Shown in pieces: positions 13,275-28,278 of a stretch of DNA of 64,000 bases; position 1 is the first letter of the stretch; each line of letters starts with the position of its first letter. This DNA is from Massalongia carnosa (Eukaryota): assembly GCA_965645245.1 (NCBI GenBank), contig OZ287071.1, positions 868,001 to 932,000 of the forward strand, given 5' to 3'. A program made the translations under genes and the position numbers. Under the pieces are notes generated by a model. It saw only the letters and a program-made list of their open reading frames with translations, did no database searches and was not told the DNA's origin.

Positions 13275-14524
13275 CTATCTATGTGGCCTGTAGGATGATG
13301 AGGTTGAACCGAACAGCGCGGCTAGATCGAAATTGCCATCCGCGTCCTTTTCAGACACTCCCACTTCGGTCACGATCGCATCGATGAGATGGGCCGGGGT
13401 TACGTCGAACGCCGGGTTCCAAGCTTCTGTATCTCCGGGCGCCGTGCTAATCTCTTCACTTCGAGTTGTCTCGATGCGTAGAATTCCATCATCCGAGCGG
13501 TAGAGCGGCGAGCCTCTGAGCCGAGTCACTTCGGTAGATGGGCGCTCTTCAATGGTAATGTCGGCTCCGGATTTTGTATGGAGATCAATGGTTGTGCGAG
13601 GTGCTGCCACCACGAACTTGACATTATGGTAGCGAGCCAGGATGGCCAGAGAATAAGTGCCTATTTTGTTCGCAGTGTCCCCATTTGCAGCCACTCTATC
13701 CGCTCCAACAATGACTATAGCAATGTCGTTGCTTTGACTAAAACGGTGGAGAGTGGCTGCAGCCATTGAGTCCGCTATCAGGACAGCAGGAATCTTATCG
13801 TGGAGAAGTTCATAACCTGTCAAGCGAGACCCTTGATTATATGGTCGAGTTTCTGTATAATAGGCTCGGGAGAGGTTTTTGCGGGCGTGGAGGCTGCGGA
13901 TGACACCGAGTGCTGTACCATAACCTGCAGTAGCCAAAGATCTGTGATTTTACTGTCAAAAATAAATAAGCAAGCAGCAACCAAAGCTTCTCTATACCCA
14001 GTATTGCAATGCGTTAAAACGCTTATCTTTTGCTCCTGATCGTCTCGTTTTGCTTCTATCCACTCAGCACCGTAATTTCCTATGTTCTTATTATCCTTAA
14101 CATCATCAAGTAGCATCTGCTCCGCCGCTTTTATGTATGATTTTAGCACGGTAAATCCAGTTGCGCCTGCCTGTCGGCTAGTCGACTGAATTAGAGTCTG
14201 CAGCCTTGATGCCGCCTCTGCAAGATTGACTGCCGTAGGCCTACTCGTGACGAGGTATTTCAGCGCTTCTAACAAGAAGGCCAAGATTTTTTGGGGAGGA
14301 TCAGCCTGTTCAACGCTACTTTCCATATACTTCGCACCCCATATCGCCAGACTCAATATGGCCACAATCGCTATCGCCGGGGCTCCCCGCACCTGCATTG
14401 ACTTGATGGCGTTCCATGCGTCCTCAGCTGAAGTAATCTCCAGGTAGATTTCTTGATGTGGTAATTTGAGTTGGTCAAGGATCTCAAGCTTACCCGGAGA
14501 ATACTTAATGGCTTGAAGAGTCAT
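13275..14524 (-). CDS. MRI1: Methylthioribose-1-phosphate isomerase; one intron ~13942-13998
   Basis: MTLQAIKY...[66 protein letters not shown]. Confidence 0.95.
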
Positions 14525-14887
14525 GGCGATATGTAGGAAACCAGCAGAAATAACCCAAGGAGCTTGGAACCGCAACTTGCGACCAACTAGTTAGTTAAGC
14601 TTATCGGATGATCTTTTAACCGAAAAGTACCGGAGCCCAAGTGAAGACCTGCACAACTGCAAGCTCACGAGTGTCCATGCTCATAAGTAATTCTTTCAGA
14701 GGGTTATATTTCGTAATCCTCTGTCAAGCTAGCTGAAGAAAAATCCAAGACTGTCAGTAATAGTACATACAGATTATTCAATTTAGCTACCAAATCCATC
14801 CTTCCGCTATCCTTGTACCATTATTTTGCGCTCAGAAACAGTCAGATCAGCTTTCCTGCTTGTTGTACCTATCATATTATAGCCACT

Positions 14888-16244
14888 ATGGAGGGAGCCC
14901 AAGACCCAGAACGCGCCGATGCCCTGGAGCAATTCAAGAATAAACTTCTTGAGTCAAGAGAGATGGAAGCAAAACTAAAAACCTTACGACTGGATATTAA
15001 GGGTCTACAGAAAGACTTCGATACGACTGAAGACAACATCAAAGCGCTGCAAAGTGTCGGTCAGATAATAGGAGAGGTGCTAAAACAGCTTGATGAAGAA
15101 CGATGTAAGTCTCGTTTTCTCGATTTTGAACTAGCAAATGCGTCCACTGCTAAGCTGTACCTTAGTCATCGTTAAGGCCTCGTCTGGTCCTCGATATGTC
15201 GTGGGGTGCCGATCAAAAGTCGACAAAGCCAAATTAAAACAAGGGACACGCGTTGCACTCGATATGACTACGCTCACTATAATGCGAATGCTTCCTAGGG
15301 AGGTCGATCCTCTGGTATATAACATGTCGCTTGAGGATCCCGGCCAGGTCAGCTTTGGGGGAATAGGTGGGCTAAACGAGCAGATAAGGGAATTACGAGA
15401 GGTTATAGAGCTGCCGCTCAAGAACCCCGAGCTATTCTTAAGGGTGGGCATCAAACCGCCCAAAGGTGTTTTGCTGTATGGACCTCCAGGCACAGGGAAA
15501 ACACTCCTAGCAAGGGCAGTAGCAAGCGGGTTGGAGACAAACTTTTTGAAAGGTAATTCTGCCTTCGCCGACTTGCCTTTAAACCCTCCACTGGCTTACC
15601 GTAAGTATAGTCGTATCATCGGCGATCGTTGATAAGTACATTGGTGAATCTGCGAGACTGATTCGGGAAATGTTTGGTTATGCAAAAGAACACGAGCCAT
15701 GCATTATTTTCATGGACGAGATTGATGCTATTGGTGGTCGAAGATTTTCTGAGGGCACTTCTGCGGATCGAGAGATCCAACGAACGTTGATGGAGCTCCT
15801 GAACCAGCTTGACGGTTTCGACTATCTGGGCAAAACTAAAATCATAATGGCCACAAACCGACCCGATACTCTCGATCCCGCACTGCTACGAGCTGGACGT
15901 CTAGATCGGAAGATCGAGATTCCACTGCCCAATGAAGTTGGTAGATTGGAGATTCTTAAGATTCACACCAGCGGTGTTGCCTTGGTAGGAGAGATAGATT
16001 TTGAGAGTGTCGTGAAGATGAGTGATCAGCTTAATGGTGCTGATCTGCGCAATGTTGTTACGGAAGCGTAAGTGGCTACCTCTTCACCTTTCATGAAAAT
16101 TTGCTAAAAGTTCCCATCTCTAGGGGATTGTTTGCCATTAAGGATTATAGAGATGCAATCAACCAAGATGATTTCAATAAGGCTGTCAGGAAGGTTGCGG
16201 AATCGAAGAAGCTTGAGGGTAAATTAGAATATCAAAAACTCTAG
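14888..16244 (+). CDS. RPT4: 26S proteasome regulatory ATPase subunit Rpt4 (PSMC6); 3 introns
   Basis: [26 protein letters not shown], Walker A GPPGTGKT, Walker [10 protein letters not shown]-terminal [11 protein letters not shown]. Confidence 0.95.
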
Positions 16245-16648
16245 ACTTACAGTACTTATAGCACGACCTTGAGCATCTGCGTAAAAGTGCTATTAGACCA
16301 AGAATGATCTGAATATGTGATTCTATTATATATGAGGCCCTGCTTGTAGTGCGTGATTTCTCGATTGCCCGAAACAAGTTCGCCAAGGCGCGGCACATGA
16401 ACAATGTCTGAAAAGTTAGGTCCAACGAAATTTTTTCAGGGACTGAATGGTGTTGTTTCCAACCACTAAGGCGGAGCTACCACATGCGTGTTCGTTTTCT
16501 AATATTGGAGATCGTGGAAGACATGGTGAAATATTCTAGACTTCTGTTCAGGTATTCGTTTTGTTACGTCTTTAGCTCCTATACACTGGACAATCATTGA
16601 TCCTTTGACGGAGTGTCGATTTCGCCATTATATAGGGCCTCAGACGGG

Positions 16649-18913
16649 ATGTCCTTCTCGGTTCCGAGGAATGTGCCAAGTTTCAACAATGCCCAACGAG
16701 GTGTTGAAGATGGCTACTGGATGAGCTCAGGCATATTACGAGGGCCAAATGGGCATGCGAGCAACGGCATAGGCGGGAGACTAGACAAATTTTTTGATAA
16801 GAGGCAACTGCCCATGTATAAAGACAAGCCATACAACTATGCGGCCTCTGCAAGGAACAGCCGTTGGTACCAAAAAAGGAGGAATCTTGGTGGAGCTGTA
16901 CTTATTATACTAGGGTTGGCCTATTGGTATGGTGTACTATCATCCGCTATTGAGGTCGCCCCTGTTGCAAGCCGGGTCACAACCTCGTGGTCTTGGGGAG
17001 GCAAGGCCACGAACTTGAAGGCAGACTGGAATGACCGACGTGAAAAAGTCAAGGACGCATTTGTTATTAGTTGGGATGGATATGAGAAGCATGCTTGGGG
17101 TACGTCCAAATTCTTTGGGGCACGTTCAGTTTTCTGACGAGAAGAAATACTACTTCGCCACCGAACACCCGGCTCTTTCAAGTGCTGATTTTGAGCTCTC
17201 AGGGTACGATGAATATCACCCTGTCTCGAAGAAGGGGAATCAAATGACGCCTAAGGGTGTAGGATGGATTATTGTCGATGCTCTTGATACCCTCATGATC
17301 ATGAACTTAACATCGCGATTATCGCACGCTCGAGAATGGATATCGACAACTCTTGACTATGACCAAGATAATAACGTTAATACATTTGAAACCACAATAC
17401 GCATGCTTGGGGGCCTTTTGTCAGCTCACTATCTGTCAACAACGTTCCCCGATATGGCTCCGGTAGCCGATGACGACCATGGGACGCCGGGAGAGGACTT
17501 GTATCTAGAGAAGGCTGCGGATCTTGCAGACCGTATACTTGGAGCCTTCGACTCGGAGAGTGGGGTTCCCTTTGCAAGTGTAAACCTAAAAGAAATGAAG
17601 GGTGTTCCATCTCATGTGGATGGTGGTGCCTCATCCACAGCCGAAGCAGCGAGCTTACAATTAGAATTCAAATACCTTGCCATGCTGACAGGGGAGAAGA
17701 ATTTCTGGGAAAAGGCAGAGAGAGTTATTCAAGTTATCGACGATAATGGAATGGAAGATGGCCTCGTGCCGATTTTCATCTATCCTGATGACGGCCAATT
17801 CAGGGGTAGTATAATTCGGCTTGGTAGCCGAGGAGATTCTTACTATGGTTTGAGATTCATCCAGGAAAACAACAGTACAGTTGCTAATGGACTTTAGAAT
17901 ATCTTATCAAGCAATATATTCAAACTTCAGGACAGGAGCCCATATACCTCGAACTATGGGAGCAAGCTCTAGCCGGAGTGCAGAAACATCTAATTACATA
18001 TTCCTTGCACTCTAACTTCACCATCATAGGCGAACGCCCTCACGGATTAGGCGGACAACTCTCTGCCAAAATGGACCATCTCGTCTGTTTCATGCCTGGC
18101 ACCATTGCTCTTGCCGCCACATTGGGGTCCACGGTCGAGGAGGCCAAAAAACATGGTCTTTGGGGCGACAAAGAAGAAGCCCAAATGAAACTTGCTGCCG
18201 AATTAACCAAGACCTGTTGGGGCATGTACAAAGTGATGGCTACTGGCCTCGCCCCTGAGATATCCTTCTTTCAAATCAATGACCCACCCCGCATGCAAGC
18301 CGAGGTCGGCATTCTCGCCTCAGCAGAACTGGCACCCGATGATCAGGACGCCCCTTGGCGCACCGACTACCAAATCAAGCCCCACGACTCGCACAATCTC
18401 CAGCGCCCCGAAACCGTTGAGTCGCTCTTCTACATGTGGCGCATCACGGGCGACGAAAGCTACCGGGAGCTGGGGTGGGAGATGTTCACGTCTTTTATAA
18501 GGCACACGGCCGTCAATGACGGCACGGGCTTCTCGAGCCTGGCCAACGCCAACGAGGTGCCTCCGCCGCTGCGCGATAACATGGAGAGCTTCTGGCTTGC
18601 CGAGACGCTCAAGTACTTCTACCTCCTCTTCTCCCCGCCCGATTTGCTCCCGCTCGATCAAATCGTGCTCAACACAGAAGCACACGTGTTCCCGCGGTTC
18701 GAGCTTGCTCGCGGCTTGAAGACGGGATGGGCAAGGAAAGCGAGGGATTCACAGGGAAAGATTATCAAAGATGTCAAACACGAGAAAGTCGAGGAGGGGA
18801 CGAAGGACGGGGCTCCGGGTAAAGTGGCTGTGCTGACCAAGACGCAGCAGGAGGTGCATACCATTCAACTTGTGGCGACCCAAGAGGGGCAAAACGAGAA
18901 AGAGAAAAAATAG
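16649..18913 (+). CDS. MNS1: ER alpha-1,2-mannosidase (GH47); 2 introns
   Basis: Type II TM anchor; HAWG/YDE, IVDALDTL, FETTIRMLGGLLSA, GSRGDSYY/EYL, MDHLVCF, LQRPETVES, DNMESFWLAETLKY, NTEAH. Confidence 0.92.
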
Positions 18914-19278
18914 CGTCTGCGGGATTATAGCATGGGCTTTTCTCTTCCGTTGAGGAACGTCTATGGTAATACTTGTATTTTTATGTATCGTATGACTCGG
19001 GATTACCGTTTCCTTTGACGTTTGGCAGTCGGGCATTTTGGTTTAACAGGAATTGTGTTATTTATATAGAGATTTATTTGTACTTTTAGATTGGCCGATT
19101 GTCCGTTACTGATAACAAGCCGTTATGTCGTTTCTCGTTCATTCTCTTCTCTGAGTGACTTTTCCACCCTCTATCGCACAATCTAGAGACCATCATGCCA
19201 ACCTCTTGTCCAGGATTTGAACTCCTCGCGCAGGCAAAAAGCTCCCGTGCCAAAAATGTTCCTCCAAACTGCAATTAC

Positions 19279-20958
19279 CTAAACCCGGCCCCCGACGGAA
19301 TAAGGGCTCTTCTCCCTCAGCTTCTTTCCGTATATCCACAGCAACACCGGAGCCGGAAGCCCTAACGCCAGCGCTACAAACCCTAACAAGCTATCCGCCC
19401 ACCCATAATCCAGTGCCGCGTACATAGACGGCGCAAACAGTGGAAAGGCAAACCCGGCCAAGCTCCGTAACAAGACAGTAGCCGCAATGGCGGAAGCAGC
19501 ATACTGTGTATAGGTGTCAACGAGATAGGTTTGGATACACTGAAAGGGAATGATGATGCCCGCGGCCGCGGCTGCGATCCCAATGTTGGGGACGATCCAA
19601 TGTGTGTGGTACTGCGCCGACCAGCCGTAGAGAAAGAGACCGCAGGGGACAAGGAACGAGCATGGGATCATGAGGGGGATGCGGAATTCGGGGCGCCCGG
19701 CATGGTCGTTTCGGTGTTGTAGGCGGAGGTAGATCCGGTCGTTGATTGGAGCACAGATCTGGGTGCCAATCAGGTAGCCAACGACGATGGATAGGTAGTT
19801 TAACCCACCAATGGAGATGGAGAAATGGTAGTGTTTGGTCCAGAGGGCAGGAAAGGTGGAGACGACAAGGTATTGCAGACCGAAGAGGTAGGCCACATAG
19901 ATTGCAAGGGTCTGAACGATTATTTGCGTTCCGAGGAGTTTGAAAGGGCGGATGAGGGAGATTTTGAGATGGTCGATTATCGTGCAGTTCGAATGATCGG
20001 AGGCGGTGTACAACGCGTCGTTGCCAGTTTCTTGGCGGAGCTTTGCGGCTTTCAGGTGCAGAAGCTTGGGAGAGTACGTTTCTCGAAAGAAGAAAAGAGC
20101 AAGCACTTGGACAAAGGCGCCTACAATAGAGCTTGCGTGAAAGACCCAACGCCAAGATGCGTATTGCGTCAGGAATCCGCCAGCTATGGGACCAATAGCT
20201 GGGCCGAGAAAAGGAGCGAGACTGTAGACGCTAACTGCCAGGCCCCGTTCATCTGCGCGCCAGCAATCGCCAAGAGAACCACCACCAATCTATAAATTGT
20301 TAGCGGGAAATAATCCACGAATCTGAAGGCAACCCAAGACTAACAGCGAAAGGCGCACTTCCCCCAAATCCAGCGAGAAAGCGAAAGGCGATTAGCTCTC
20401 CGTTGCTTTTGCTGACTCCGCATGCGAAGTTGAAGATTAAGTATATGAAATTCGAAAGCTGCAGCACACGCACCCGACCATAGACCTCGGAAAGGGGCCC
20501 GAACAGCAATGGCCCAATGGCAAATGCCAGGACCATTATAGACAATACAAGTTGTTTTTCAACATCCTTCGTGATCTCTAGGTCTTTCGCGATAAGTGGC
20601 ATGGCAGGAGCCACTATCGAAGATGAAATGGAAGAAATCAGAGTGAAGGATGCCAGGATTGCGGTCCACACCCATTTCTGTCCTGTTGACCAATTTTCGG
20701 GGTTATCTAAGTCCCCATCTGCCCACTTAACCTTGAAATACTATTAGAAGCGTCTCCAGGTGAGCTTGCCCAATGAGTACTCACCAGGTTAGGATCATCC
20801 TCCGCCTGTAACGTCTCTCGCTTGGCTTTATTTTCTGCCTCATTTTTCTCTGATTGTGCCAACCCCTTAGACTCGAGCGGCAGCGGTGTGGTCTGTCCTT
20901 GATGCTCAACATCCCGAACACCCTGAAATTTCGAGCGATGGTTAGCTAATCCGGGCAT
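19279..20958 (-). CDS. MFS multidrug transporter (DHA1-like); 2 introns
   Basis: GPLSEVYGRVRV, FRFLAGFGGSAP, ETYSPKLL, PEFRIP, YLVDTYTQYAASA and a 12-TM pattern. Confidence 0.9.
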
Positions 20959-21841
20959 ATTTTTTCCAGCTTAGTTGGCCACCAAGGCTAGCTCTTGGAG
21001 TAGATGTTTGATTATAAGAGCACAATCGTGTTCTATCAAGGTAAGCCAGCGACGGCACTTTCTTTCTTCTCCTCCAGTCATCCACCAATCCCCAGGCACA
21101 TGGGTCAGAGCTTGAAGCTGCCTTGACCTTCTCGACATCTAGATAGATAAAGATTCAGCTCAGCAGACTCTATAGCCTCAGGAGGCAACTAACCGTTTAA
21201 CGGGTCATACCAGGCAAGACTGCAAGACTGCCATAGTTTGTCTATCATGTCTCCTACGGGTAGGTAAATGTGGCGAGCCACTGAGGGATAATCTTTTGCC
21301 ATCTCAATCTTTCATGGTGTCATCCTTGCTAGCCACCTCACCAAATGATGAGTCATAATGGCCAAATAACATCTCGCCCAATACCGGAAGGTAGAAGCAT
21401 ATTTCTTGAAGAGATGTTTGTTAGACGGACAGACAACATTTGCCTGGTTCCACAACAGATCTGTCATGCCTTCCCGGAACCCCTAATCCTGCTAAATAAC
21501 GCTAAAAATGCACGATTATATTCGGAATCTTGGATGGGAGTTTTTACGGAGTAGACTTCAAGTCTCAGCATTCATCCTCCTCCGACTGCCGGACTAGCTG
21601 GTAAATGATCTTGAAGGGACTCCCAACCGGTACTCCTGTGCGTATCGCATACTTTCATCATATTTAGCCACCATGGTTTACAACCACCATCACCGAAGCT
21701 CCTCACAATGTCCGTATGTCTCTTTCTTATAGAATCCAAAAAAAAAGATCCCAGCTCAGGCCGGATACAAAAGTAATGCGCCCTCGACAACTTCATCCCT
21801 TGTCACAGAGTTCCTGGCCCCCCACACCTACATCGAAGCAG

Positions 21842-23559
21842 TTAGCCTTCCACCTTGCCCATTCTATTCCCTAACGCTGAGTTCTCGAGCCCTTCTCTCG
21901 CGTTTATGCTGATACAAAGTATGGGATCAAGGCTCCTTAGTTCTGCCTCTCGCATAACCGCCAAAGCAGCGAGCCCAAGGTACGAGTGTAGAATATCTAA
22001 CGTGACCTGTCAGCATGGGAATCGGCTGTAGCAGCTAGGAAGAGTAGGCCGATCTTTAGACTGTGTAAAATAAGGTTGCATATTGCATATCCTCGGGTGG
22101 TAATGAAAGGAAATTGACCGGTAGGGATGACGTACCAGGAGGATCTCCGGAATACTTGCCGAAGCCACCTATTAGATGTTGTGTTTCGGAAAGAAGATAG
22201 TTTCGGTTGGCAGTGAAATCAAAAACGTGGACTTTTTGGAGAATCTAGGTGGAGGGCCAATTGTTAGAGGGGATATGTACATAGACAGGGAGAGGGTGGA
22301 GACATGATAAGAACCGAGATGCTCAAAGGGTTGAATGAAGAATTATACTTACAGCCAATGTGCCGCCGACCCAGAAAGAATAGCATGTGTCGGATACTTT
22401 GTTAGATCTTCCGCTGAAGCCGGCAACTTGCAGCCTCTCGGACAGGGGCTCCAAGCATGGGGGCGTTTGGGGTGAAATTATTGGCGCGATGGGACAAGAA
22501 TCTCCAGGTGGGTTATAAGAACTGCCTTGGATGACGTTCGATGCGTGATCAATCAGAGCATCGTCTATAGATACGTGGTAGCTTGGCGTTCGGTAATTCA
22601 ATACAGGGCTGGGGAAATCATCTGCCCGTACATGAAAATCCTCCTCTTCAGATGATGTTTGGCGATACACAAGCCAGCGTATAACGGCATCGAGAAAGCT
22701 CGAGTTTAAACCAGCCTTGCTAGCGCTTGAAATACCGCGCTTATCCCATACTCCTGGCAGCCGTCCAAGGAGGGTAAGTGCGCCGATACCACAATACGTC
22801 CACCCAGCTGCATGTCCATATGAGCATTGGCTCATTACCTGGCAGCAGAAACGACGAGGTGCGTACCGTGGGCCTCATGGAAAGGGGCCTTTCCAACCCC
22901 CCCTTCATATGACTGTGTCCAGCATCAGCGAGTCACCCCCGGCAACAACCTCGGCCTCATACCTGGGAGGACGTAATAAAATCCGCTAAGGCCTCAACAT
23001 CAATATCCTCCACTTTCGTTAGGACCTCATCTCCACTTAGACGTAGAATCCATCTGACAGCCGCTGCTAAATAGCAAAATCTAATGTCTCTTCCCCCTTC
23101 GATATCGTCCCCCCGGCCCAGCGCCTCTCCAAAACTTCCATCTTTTTGCTGCAGCCTTCTCATCCACTCCCAACACTCGGTCTTTCTCACCCTTTCCATA
23201 CTATCTCCCAATACTGCTAGCGCTGCCAGAGCGAAATACGTCGCGGCCAAATTGGCCGGATCCCAGCATCCATTCCCTTCATTCCTCTTTTCTCTCAAAT
23301 CCGCGCCCGTGAAACCTCGGAAGCCCCCGTCCGGATGCTGGCACATATAGATCCAATCCGCATACGCGATGCGATCAGCATCGGTGGTACGCTCGTGCAG
23401 GGCGCCGAGAAGGTCGAGGGCGGAGAGGATGAAGAAAGCTAGGGTAATGCGTTGAGAGTCATTAGATGTGTATTGGGTTGGAAGATAGGTCTTTAAGCAA
23501 CGGAGCCAGTATTTGATGTGTTGATCTTTTTTGAAGGTCGGCTTTTCAGGCGGAGACAT
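21842..23559 (-). CDS. CDC43: Geranylgeranyltransferase type-I beta subunit; multi-exon
   Basis: HIKYWLRCL, DGGFRGF, NLAATYFAL, DIRFCY, EAHAGWTYC, GFSGRSNKVSDTCYSFW; last exon DILHSYLGLAAL...KVEG* (stop at 21842-21844). Confidence 0.9.
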
Positions 23560-23776
23560 GATGCAGTAGTAACACAAATATCGATGTTATTCTGCTTGAG
23601 GTTCCTACCAATAAAGGTCTAGCAAGGCATGGACATGAAATCCAAGCGCGATAGGCGAGCGGTGGAAAACCCTAATCCTCGAGGGAGCCCTTTTGCGCAT
23701 CTTTGATTTAATATATTGGTCTTTATAGTTGCTACGCATACTCTACTTTCTAAGGGCATGACCTTATTCGAAGACA

Positions 23777-24460
23777 ATGGCTATCATTTCCGCAACTTCG
23801 ATCATCCGCTCCCTCTCCATCTTCCACCTTACAGCCGCCTACTTCCTCCTTACCTCCCCTCTAACAATCGCCGACCAAAATCTTGTCTTCATCCTCGGCG
23901 CAGCTATGAAACTTGTAATAGGCCTCCGTTTGTCCTATTGTCGATTCTTGTTAACCTCTTTCTCATAGCCCAGCCCGACCTCCTTTAGCAGGCCCTCTCC
24001 GTCAACGGCGCTCCTCTCGGCCGTCCTCGCCCTCTCCGCTATCTCTGACCTCACAGCCGCTTCCCTGCCCCGCGAGATATTCTCCTATTATTGGGGCTCA
24101 CAGGCCCCCATAAGGCTGCTGTTCTTCTTCGTTACGACGTTTTATGCGTACGCATTCAAGCCTGGCGGCCTGTCGTTGATGGGGAGAGAGTTTGGGAAAG
24201 GGGCAAAAAATAGTAGGGCAGGTTGGGACGATCTGAAGAATAGCCTTGTTTTTTCGTGGGGGTTCTTGGAGATGGTATTGTGGTTCTGGGTAAGTTGAAT
24301 TTATGTATGGGCCGTTTTTTCTGCGTGGATTGAAGTGGTTAAACGATGAAGGGATGCTAATATTCCGCCGTTATAGATATATGTTACGTTGAGGAACGAG
24401 AGAAGGGAGGCTCTAGTAATGGCGGCAGAGAAGAGAAGGGCAGAGGAGGATAGGTTATAA
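23777..24460 (+). CDS. ILM1: Increased loss of mitochondrial DNA protein 1 (Ilm1 family) membrane protein; 2 introns
   Basis: Spliced product MAIISATSIIRSLSIFHLT...ILGAAMKL/PSP...YWGSQAPIRL...LKNSLVFSWGFLEMVLWFW/IYVTLRNERR. Confidence 0.8.
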
Positions 24461-24779
24461 TGTTATATTAGGAATACGACATTCAGGTCATTCTAGGCTG
24501 TTCGCTCACAAATCGTAGACAGAATGCCTCGTGGCATCCTACAATTAGAATCGTTACGACCTAGAAGATCTTCAGATTCTGCTTTCGTGCTTGTAAGACC
24601 CTTGGTTCTAACTCAAGAATTTATGGGTGTACCGTAATACGCCTTTTATGTAACGGAGCCCGAAATACATCTCTTGTGAGGCTCACAGCGTTTCCCTAAA
24701 TCGCGTTAGTGCTATGCAGGTGAATCGTTTACTTTCCTATTCCATTCCGCACATTTCATCTAATAGCGACTATTATCCT

Positions 24780-27700
24780 CTATCCGACCTTTGTTCTTAA
24801 AATCCCCTCAAGTGCCTCTATCCAGCAAGAGCAAAGACTAGCAGCAATCTGTTCAAGCCGTTGCGTGCCTATTAGAGCCCTTATCTGCCATCCTATATTG
24901 TTGTCGGAATCTTCCGCGTTGCCGAATGCTGCATCAATTATCATACTGGCGTTGCTGGCCACCCGCAGCCTATTTATCAAGTTCGACGCAGTCCAGTGAA
25001 CGTTAGCACAGAGCTTAACGATGGACTCCTTAATACAGTTTGATCTCTTGGCTAGATCACCCTGGTTGAGGACCGGATACAAGGAATTCTCCGCAAGCAC
25101 GTAGTCTAGAGTTTGTATCATGAGCTGGGATATCTCCAGAACCATGAACATGATGTGAAAGAATTCCCAATCTAGATCTCCAGCATCGGTACAAGTCTTG
25201 CATGGGAACGATTTTTGCACAGAAGGGGCCGACATCCAGGCTTGAGCCATTGCATCAGACCAGGAGCAGATATTACGAAGTAAATCTTCCAAATGATTGC
25301 GTTGACCCTGGGGCTGATGCCTGGCTTTGCCACCCAAATTTGCGTTTCGAGGCTTGTGGTGGTAAACGATACATACGAGAATCAGCATATCCATAATATC
25401 GTACAGCTCAACTTCTATAGCAGTGAAGCTTAGGCAACTTGATGGATGGAACTCATCGGTTGAGGACCCTAGAGTGGTTGTAAGGTTGCCACGCTTTGTG
25501 CGTAAAAAATTCCAGAATTCTATTATCCGCACTTGATATCGTAGCCACTGGTCCTAAGAGATAAGATCAGCTAGGTCATAAACGAAAATCAGTGTAGCAA
25601 CCAATTACATCAGGGCTAGCTCCACACTCAAGCAAATCTTCAAACCTGACTTGGCCGGCTGCCTCAGCGTCCGGGAATGCCGTTCTATCTCGGGTGTCGA
25701 CTGTTTTGGAGGGGATTTCATCTGCGTAGACTCAAATCAGTCGGTTAAGAATGCCATTCATGTTCTGCCTTTTACCTAGTAGTTCCGAGTAGTCCTCTAT
25801 CTCGGAGAATTGTGAGAACCTTCCGATGCGGTGTGACTCCACGATAAACATGTATTTTGAGAAGCTAGCCTTTACGGACTTATCAATTTCAAGAGCGTCG
25901 AAAAGCATGCTATACTGGCCGTTGTCCAGCATTTGGCTAATAGAGTCGACATTCAGCTCTTCGGCCGATCTATGCCAATCTATAGCATGACTAAGATTCT
26001 TTGACGAATTTATTGGTGTAGGATTCGCTCTCGTGCTAGAGGGCGCATAGGGATGAATCGTCGAAATCCGGGTATATAGAATCCAGGAGACTGTTGCCTG
26101 TTGCAGGTTCTTTATGGAAAGCCGTGAATGAAGCTCCATGGCCAATGAAGCCGCACCAACGCGCATATAAAGACGAACCAAGGTTAGCAAGGCGTCATAA
26201 TTGTGAGGAGAATTCAAAATAAGAAACTCAAGGGTGGCTATGCATTGTAATACAACACTCTTCTCCCCGTATTCGAGTAGTTGCATAAGTCCCATCACAG
26301 CTAAAATAGCTGCATCATCTCCTGGACGTCGCTCGCTGACTGGAAGCTTAATATTTATTGATAATGAAATTTTGTAGAGTCGAATGCTATTGCTGACAAA
26401 GGCACGGAGAAGGGCTCTATGCTTAGGGGTATCTTCATGAGATACAATAAGATAATAGTCTATTTTCAGTGCATTAATTTCGGATGTGATCCATTTCAAC
26501 CTCTTTGACTGCCATAGGATATTAGTAACGTAGGGTATCGTCAATAAAAATAACACTACCTGGGAGGCATATTCATGACGCACAAGCCGTCGCGTGTTCT
26601 GGGCCAGAAGCCTAATAAGTCTATCCTGAAGGGGCTTCTTCAAGCAGCCTATATAGGGCTGGAGATCCCGGAAACATATGACTTTGGAGCCGTATTCTTG
26701 AAAGTACCCATAGCAGGCCAAGAGGAGATCTTCTTGACGATTTTCGGCACGGAACTTTACCCACGCCAATCGGGCATTTCGTGAAATGGTTGTTGAGGTC
26801 AGATAGAAGTCTAGTAGCTGCTCGGTTCCATGCAGAATCCTGCAATCATTTAATATGTATCCTTTCAACAAGTGCGCACATGCTGCTTGGCACATACTCT
26901 GAACTATTGATCTCACGTGTGGCTAAGAGAAGTCCAGCCCACATTTTCCAATCATCACCAACCGTACCGAATTGATGGAAGGGAGAGCGAGACTTATTTA
27001 GTGTGTTATGAGGGTGGGCATCCTCCAGTAGTTCTTTGCAGAACTGCCATAGTTCATTCCAGTGTTTGCAGATTTCGTAGAGCTCAATTTTTTGCCTTAC
27101 AAGCTCCCAAGAATTTTTACCAAGTGGAGAATTGATCGCCGTACGGGGATCGTCGAGCACTAGGAGTGCTTCTGTATATTTCTGCTGTGCTCGATAGACT
27201 TTCAACAGGAGTAAGACGTCCTCGAGAGTGCTTAGTGCTCTGCCATTTTTAGAAAATTGCTGGTCCATACTTTCAGTATGATATAACGGATGTAATTATC
27301 AAAAGCATCAGAATACCTTGCTTGTAGCGACCTCGGCGGCAGCCCTGGAAAGGAATCCATGCGCAAGGGGTCTTAAAACTCTTTTGTCCGTTTCCGATGC
27401 AGATTCCTGGCTTCCTGCAAGTTCACAGGTAACGATGTTCCAAAAAAAAGGCTCCCGCTTCTCAGGAAACTTTTTCATGTACATCATCGCCGCCTATGTT
27501 ATCATAATCAGCTTTAGCAGGAGCGGTGATACAAAACCTACTTTTTGGGCGGCCGTCCAATTTCTCTCCAAAAACTTGACCTTGAACCATATTATGTACA
27601 GCCCTTCGTCTTGCGGGCGTACTCCTGCTGCACGTTCCCATATCATTTGTATTCGCGGATCATGGTCTTTGCGAGCCTGGGCGGCACCGTTCAACGCAAC

Positions 27701-28012
27701 AAGAGCTTCTGTCTCTGAGATGGGATATGGCCGACCAAGGATTTCATCAAGTTCCCTCCGGCCTTGAACTCGCCGGGCAGGCTCGGGATGAACGAGAAGG
27801 ATGTTGACTTTTGTAACCTAATTTTCTGTATGGTAAGCTTAGCAGTTTTGATTCAGTTTGTCTGTTCTTTCGCTAACCAGCAGCTCTTCGCTTTTCCCCC
27901 CTTTCTTGAGTCTCTTTTCGCATAAATTCAGAGCCTGTTTGAACCGATTACCATTGAGCAAGTCTTGCAGCTGCTTGTCCCACCGGTCGGTGGCTGGGAT
28001 TGGAGTTCTCAT
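24780..28012 (-). CDS. MDM20: NatB N-acetyltransferase auxiliary subunit (NAA25/Mdm20); multi-exon
   Basis: N-terminal KQLQDLLNGNRFKQALNLCEKRLKK, GDDWKMW, RNARLA, YFQEYGSKVICFRDL, LNSPHNYDALLTLVRLY...LSIKNLQ. Confidence 0.8.
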
Positions 28013-28278
28013 GACGAATGAAGAGAGCCAGGTGAAGGTAATCAAGTACCCATGATTAATGTTACAAAATACTTCATCTATGGCAAAGCTAAAAATTCAG
28101 GTACCAAGCATAGTGAAAGGCGGGAAAGGATTGAAGGTTCTGAACGATAACAATGACGATTTATCTACTCAGTGAAAGCAGAGTACAGATTAACTAACTA
28201 ATGAACTGGTCACCTCAGTTGCATACAAGTGGCGACTCGCTTAACTAATTTCTACATTACTTGCTAACCGTGCGACCG